A stretch of 64,000 nt of DNA from Candidatus Nanoarchaeia archaeon (GTDB taxonomy: Archaea; Nanobdellota; Nanobdellia; Pacearchaeales; GW2011-AR1): NCBI GenBank assembly GCA_028711165.1, contig JAQTST010000001.1:78708-142707 (forward strand), read 5' to 3'. Below, in pieces: positions 61,040-64,000 of the stretch (its first letter is position 1; the number at the start of each line of letters is the position of its first letter). A program made the translations under genes and the position numbers. The notes under the pieces are model-generated. The model searched no databases. It was not told the DNA's origin and was given only the letters and a program-made list of their open reading frames with translations.

Positions 61040-62035
61040 ATGGCAAAAAAGTCTGAGGAAGAAGAGGACAAAGAGGTGAAGAAAAGAGACGGGCCGCAAC
61101 TTACGGATTTGCCTGGAATTGGGCCTGCTGTTGCCGCGAAACTTGAAGCTGCCGGGATTTTTGATTTAATGAGCCTGGCTGTTATGAGCACTTCGACTAT
61201 GGCTGACAAGGCTGGAGTCGGGGAAGCAGTTGCAAGAAAAGCAATTCAGGCTGCGAGAAAAATGCTTGACTTGGGTTTTATCGACGGAACAGAGTTCGAG
61301 AAAAGGAGGGAGGATATTATGAATATAACAACTGGAAGCGTAAGCCTGAACAATCTTCTGGGGGGAAGGGGAATAGAAACAAAATCAATCACTGAAGCTT
61401 ACGGTGCTTTTGGAAGCGGGAAAACTCAGCTGGGTTTGACTCTGGCTGTAAGAGTTCAGCTTCCTGTTGAGAACGGAGGAGCAAACGGAAAATGTGTTTT
61501 CATTGATACAGAAGGAACATTCAGGCCTTCAAGAATAAAACAAATTGCCGAGGGAATCGGAGCAAATCCTGAAAAAGTTTTGAAAAATATTTTTGTTGCA
61601 AGAGCATTTAATTCTGACCATCAGATTTTATTATTGGAAAAAATTTCTGAGATGATTACCAACGGAGAGCCAATAAAACTTCTAATCGTTGATTCTTTAA
61701 CTGCACACTTCAGAGCAGAGTTTACAGGAAGAGGAGAACTTGCTGACAGACAGCACAAACTGAATAAATATTTACACAGCTTGATGAGTCTCTGCGAGAA
61801 ACATAATATTGCTATTTATGTAACTAATCAGGTAATGGCAAATCCGGCACAAATGTTCGGAGACCCGACGACAGCTGTTGGTGGAAACATTGTCGGACAT
61901 GCTTCAACTTACAGAATGTATTTGAGAAGAGGAAAGCAGGGAAGCAGAGTTGCAAAATTGATTGACAGTCCAAATCTTCCAGACAACGAATGTGTTTTCT
62001 TTGTAACAGAAAAAGGCGTTGTGGATGAGATATAA
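61040..62035 (+). CDS. radA: DNA repair and recombination protein RadA
   Basis: N-terminal HhH (..[19 protein letters not shown]..), Walker [10 protein letters not shown], Walker B ..LLIVDS.. Confidence 0.95.
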   Translation: MAKKSEEEEDKEVKKRDGPQLTDLPGIGPAVAAKLEAAGIFDLMSLAVMSTSTMADKAGVGEAVARKAIQAARKMLDLGFIDGTEFEKRREDIMNITTGSVSLNNLLGGRGIETKSITEAYGAFGSGKTQLGLTLAVRVQLPVENGGANGKCVFIDTEGTFRPSRIKQIAEGIGANPEKVLKNIFVARAFNSDHQILLLEKISEMITNGEPIKLLIVDSLTAHFRAEFTGRGELADRQHKLNKYLHSLMSLCEKHNIAIYVTNQVMANPAQMFGDPTTAVGGNIVGHASTYRMYLRRGKQGSRVAKLIDSPNLPDNECVFFVTEKGVVDEI

Positions 62036-62036
62036 A

Positions 62037-62375
62037 ATGAGATCATATAAATTTTTTCCAAAAGTTTATACTGATGAAGAAACAAAAAGATTGAGCGAAG
62101 AATATGACATCAAAACTTTTTCAGGATATGTTCCAAATAGTCTTGGGCAAATTGAAGACGAAATTGGGGCGGAAAAATTATTGAATCTTTCAAAATTAAT
62201 TGGAGAAATTGTCGGAGTTAATTCAAAAGATGTTGAACAATTAGATTGTGATTCAGAATTTTATGAAATCTTAGGACTTCGCGAAAAATATGCACGAACA
62301 AAAAATAGAAAAAATTTAGAAATACTTTTTCCGACGGAAGAATTATTAATAAGCCAAAGAGTTCAGAAAAAATAA
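62037..62375 (+). CDS. Hypothetical protein (112 aa)
   Basis: Track ORF 62019..62375 trimmed to the ATG after the radA stop. Confidence 0.35.
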   Translation: MRSYKFFPKVYTDEETKRLSEEYDIKTFSGYVPNSLGQIEDEIGAEKLLNLSKLIGEIVGVNSKDVEQLDCDSEFYEILGLREKYARTKNRKNLEILFPTEELLISQRVQKK

Positions 62376-62873
62376 TTATTCGACAACTTCGTCTTTCTTG
62401 AACCACAAAGCAATTTCTCTCTCGGCATTTTCTGCAGAATCGGAACAATGAATTACATTTTCAAAAACTTTTGTTTCTGAATGGATTCTTCCGTATTTCC
62501 CTCGAATTGAAACTGGAGATGCTTTCTCCGGATTTGTTTCACCTGCAAGTTCTCTGATTTTTTTAACTGCATCTTTTCCCTTGTACACCATTGCAAGAAC
62601 TCTGTCGGTGTGAAATTTTCCCTGAATATAATCCAATGTATTTTCAAAAACCATTTTTCCTTTTTCCTCGCCGAATTTTTTTATTAAACTATTTTTCAAA
62701 TCTCCATAATGCTTTTCTGCAAGTTCTCTTGTGACTTTTACAACTTTTGAACCGACGATTTTTAATTTTGTTTCCGAGAGCATTGTAATTATATTTCCTG
62801 TCAAACTTTTAACAAGCCCGTCGGGTTTTATCAAAACCAAAGTTCTTTCTTCCATCTTAATTTTCTTCCTCAT
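62376..62873 (-). CDS. ndk: Nucleoside diphosphate kinase
   Basis: ERTLVLIKPDG.., ..NVIHCSDS.. (active-site His context), ..AEREIALWF.. Confidence 0.9.
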   Translation of the reverse strand: MRKKIKMEERTLVLIKPDGLVKSLTGNIITMLSETKLKIVGSKVVKVTRELAEKHYGDLKNSLIKKFGEEKGKMVFENTLDYIQGKFHTDRVLAMVYKGKDAVKKIRELAGETNPEKASPVSIRGKYGRIHSETKVFENVIHCSDSAENAEREIALWFKKDEVVE

Positions 62874-63085
62874 GAATTAAGAATGTATGAAAAATTTATT
62901 TTTTCTTCTTTCATGAAAATGAAGAATGTTTTTGATTTAAAAATTTTTGTATTACAAAAAAGTTTTTTTCCGACGGAGATAATAATTTTAAAAATAAAAC
63001 CTATTTTGCAATATATATCTTGAAAAAAAACATTTATAAAGAATATTTTTCTATATTAGTAATATAGAGGTTAACTACTTAAGGG

Positions 63086-64000
63086 ATGATAGAAAAAAAA
63101 GAGGTAAGTAAAAGTAAGTTTCTACCAATATTTTTATTTTTAATAATCGCAGGATTTTTGGTTTTTATCCTTGCTGATACTGCTTTCAAACTCCATCCTT
63201 ATAATGTAACGCCTTTCTTTAATACAATAAATGAGGATGCCACTCAACAATATAATTTAAGTCTAAATGTCAGTTTAGCACCAGCAGTACAGATACGACA
63301 ATTTAATGTTACTTTACCTGATGGATTTTCATTCTTATATAAATCAAATGCTACAAATAACTCAGCGAATTTTTTATTCTCAAATACATCTACCATGTTA
63401 AGTTGGGTTAATTTATCAGCCGACTTTTTAGTAAATTATTCAACAAACAAAACTAACTTTAAATTTAATGCAACTGCAGCAAACCCCGGATTTTATAATT
63501 TCACTGTTGCTCTTTTAAATTGTTCAGGGACATTATGTAATGCTGTTTATGTGAATGTTTCAGTAAATATTACTGACACAACTCCTCCTGATGTTTATGC
63601 TGGAAATATCTCTCTAATTGCTAACGGCGGGAATTATTCCGGAACAATTATATTGAATGTTTCTCTTTTTGATAACTTTCAAGGAGGAGTCCCTGCCAGG
63701 AAAGTATACTTTAATATTACAAACAGCACTGCTGGTGTTCAGCAAAATATTACTGACGCATTTAATTATACTGCAAATGTTTGGAATGCCACCTTTGATA
63801 CTGCTACTTTAGGAGACGGATTTTATAATATAACTATTTGGGCTAATGATTCTACCCAAAATTTGAATAATTCGGCTTATCTTATTATTCGGATTGATAA
63901 TACTCCGCCTGTAGCAAGTATGACTTGTACACCAACCACTGTTGATGTGGGGGATACTATTACTTGTAACTGTGTTCCAAGCGACTCTGGTTCTGGAGTA
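63086..64000 (+). CDS. Large surface protein, N-glycosylation-sequon-rich (3' end beyond the window)
   Basis: Not in the track because there is no stop. Hand translation MIEKKEVSKSKFLPIFLFLIIAGFLVFILADTAF..NVSLAP..NVTLPDG..NATNNS.. has an N-terminal anchor and dozens of N-x-S/T sequons. Confidence 0.6.
   Translation, partial: MIEKKEVSKSKFLPIFLFLIIAGFLVFILADTAFKLHPYNVTPFFNTINEDATQQYNLSLNVSLAPAVQIRQFNVTLPDGFSFLYKSNATNNSANFLFSNTSTMLSWVNLSADFLVNYSTNKTNFKFNATAANPGFYNFTVALLNCSGTLCNAVYVNVSVNITDTTPPDVYAGNISLIANGGNYSGTIILNVSLFDNFQGGVPARKVYFNITNSTAGVQQNITDAFNYTANVWNATFDTATLGDGFYNITIWANDSTQNLNNSAYLIIRIDNTPPVASMTCTPTTVDVGDTITCNCVPSDSGSGV

Overview
AT-rich archaeal chromosome segment. The gene content, small protein sizes, split Hef and intron-bearing tRNA suggest a DPANN-type lineage, but that assignment is inference. 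Most of the window is housekeeping. It holds secF-secD, three tRNAs and a stand-alone 5S rRNA, and Rpp21 and RpoN. It also holds a MacB/FtsX-type ABC transporter and the clusters L21e-RpoF-DUF655 and S13-S4-S11-RpoD-tRNA-L18e-L13-S9. A textbook origin region (two inverted ORB-like boxes around an AT-rich stretch with a (TAA)n microsatellite) lies directly upstream of orc1/cdc6, followed by PolD DP1 and DP2. Further housekeeping genes include TyrRS, a DRG GTPase, an M16 peptidase, agmatinase, LigT, a split Hef (helicase and XPF nuclease as two ORFs), EF-1beta, RPA, RadA and Ndk. Two accessory blocks stand out. (1) 13.1-20.7 kb, right after rps9, looks like an island. It has one complete serine recombinase and two paralogs that keep only the recombinase DNA-binding module, one of them fused to HNH. 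These bracket a G+C-richer KamA-like radical-SAM gene. The island also carries a pair of coiled-coil/winged-helix paralogs with iteron-like repeats that continue into their own coding sequence. (2) 44.4-58.1 kb is an archaeal type IV pilus locus. It encodes a LamG-tipped pilin-like protein, a FlaI/PilB-type ATPase flanked by two paralogs that share a near-identical 3' repeat, a PilC/FlaJ-like membrane protein, about 10 pilin-like genes and an A24 prepilin peptidase. The most unusual signal is a roughly 50-nt cassette present four times. It is a mini-ORF starting ATGAC[AT]GAA and ending TAATG on the next gene's start codon, with a hairpin that presents a Shine-Dalgarno-like loop. One copy shows a compensatory stem change and a frame switch. 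I do not recognise it as a described element. Other items worth a second look are a three-copy G+C-rich promoter-proximal element, a 118-nt G+C-rich structured intergenic element before the best pilin candidate, a radical-SAM/SPASM gene overlapped by a 27-codon upstream ORF, a 6x Cys-repeat secreted protein, a tRNA-Leu that hand-folds with an A34 anticodon, and several enzyme-like proteins with degenerate catalytic motifs. No CRISPR array, 16S/23S rRNA or recognisable virion genes were seen.
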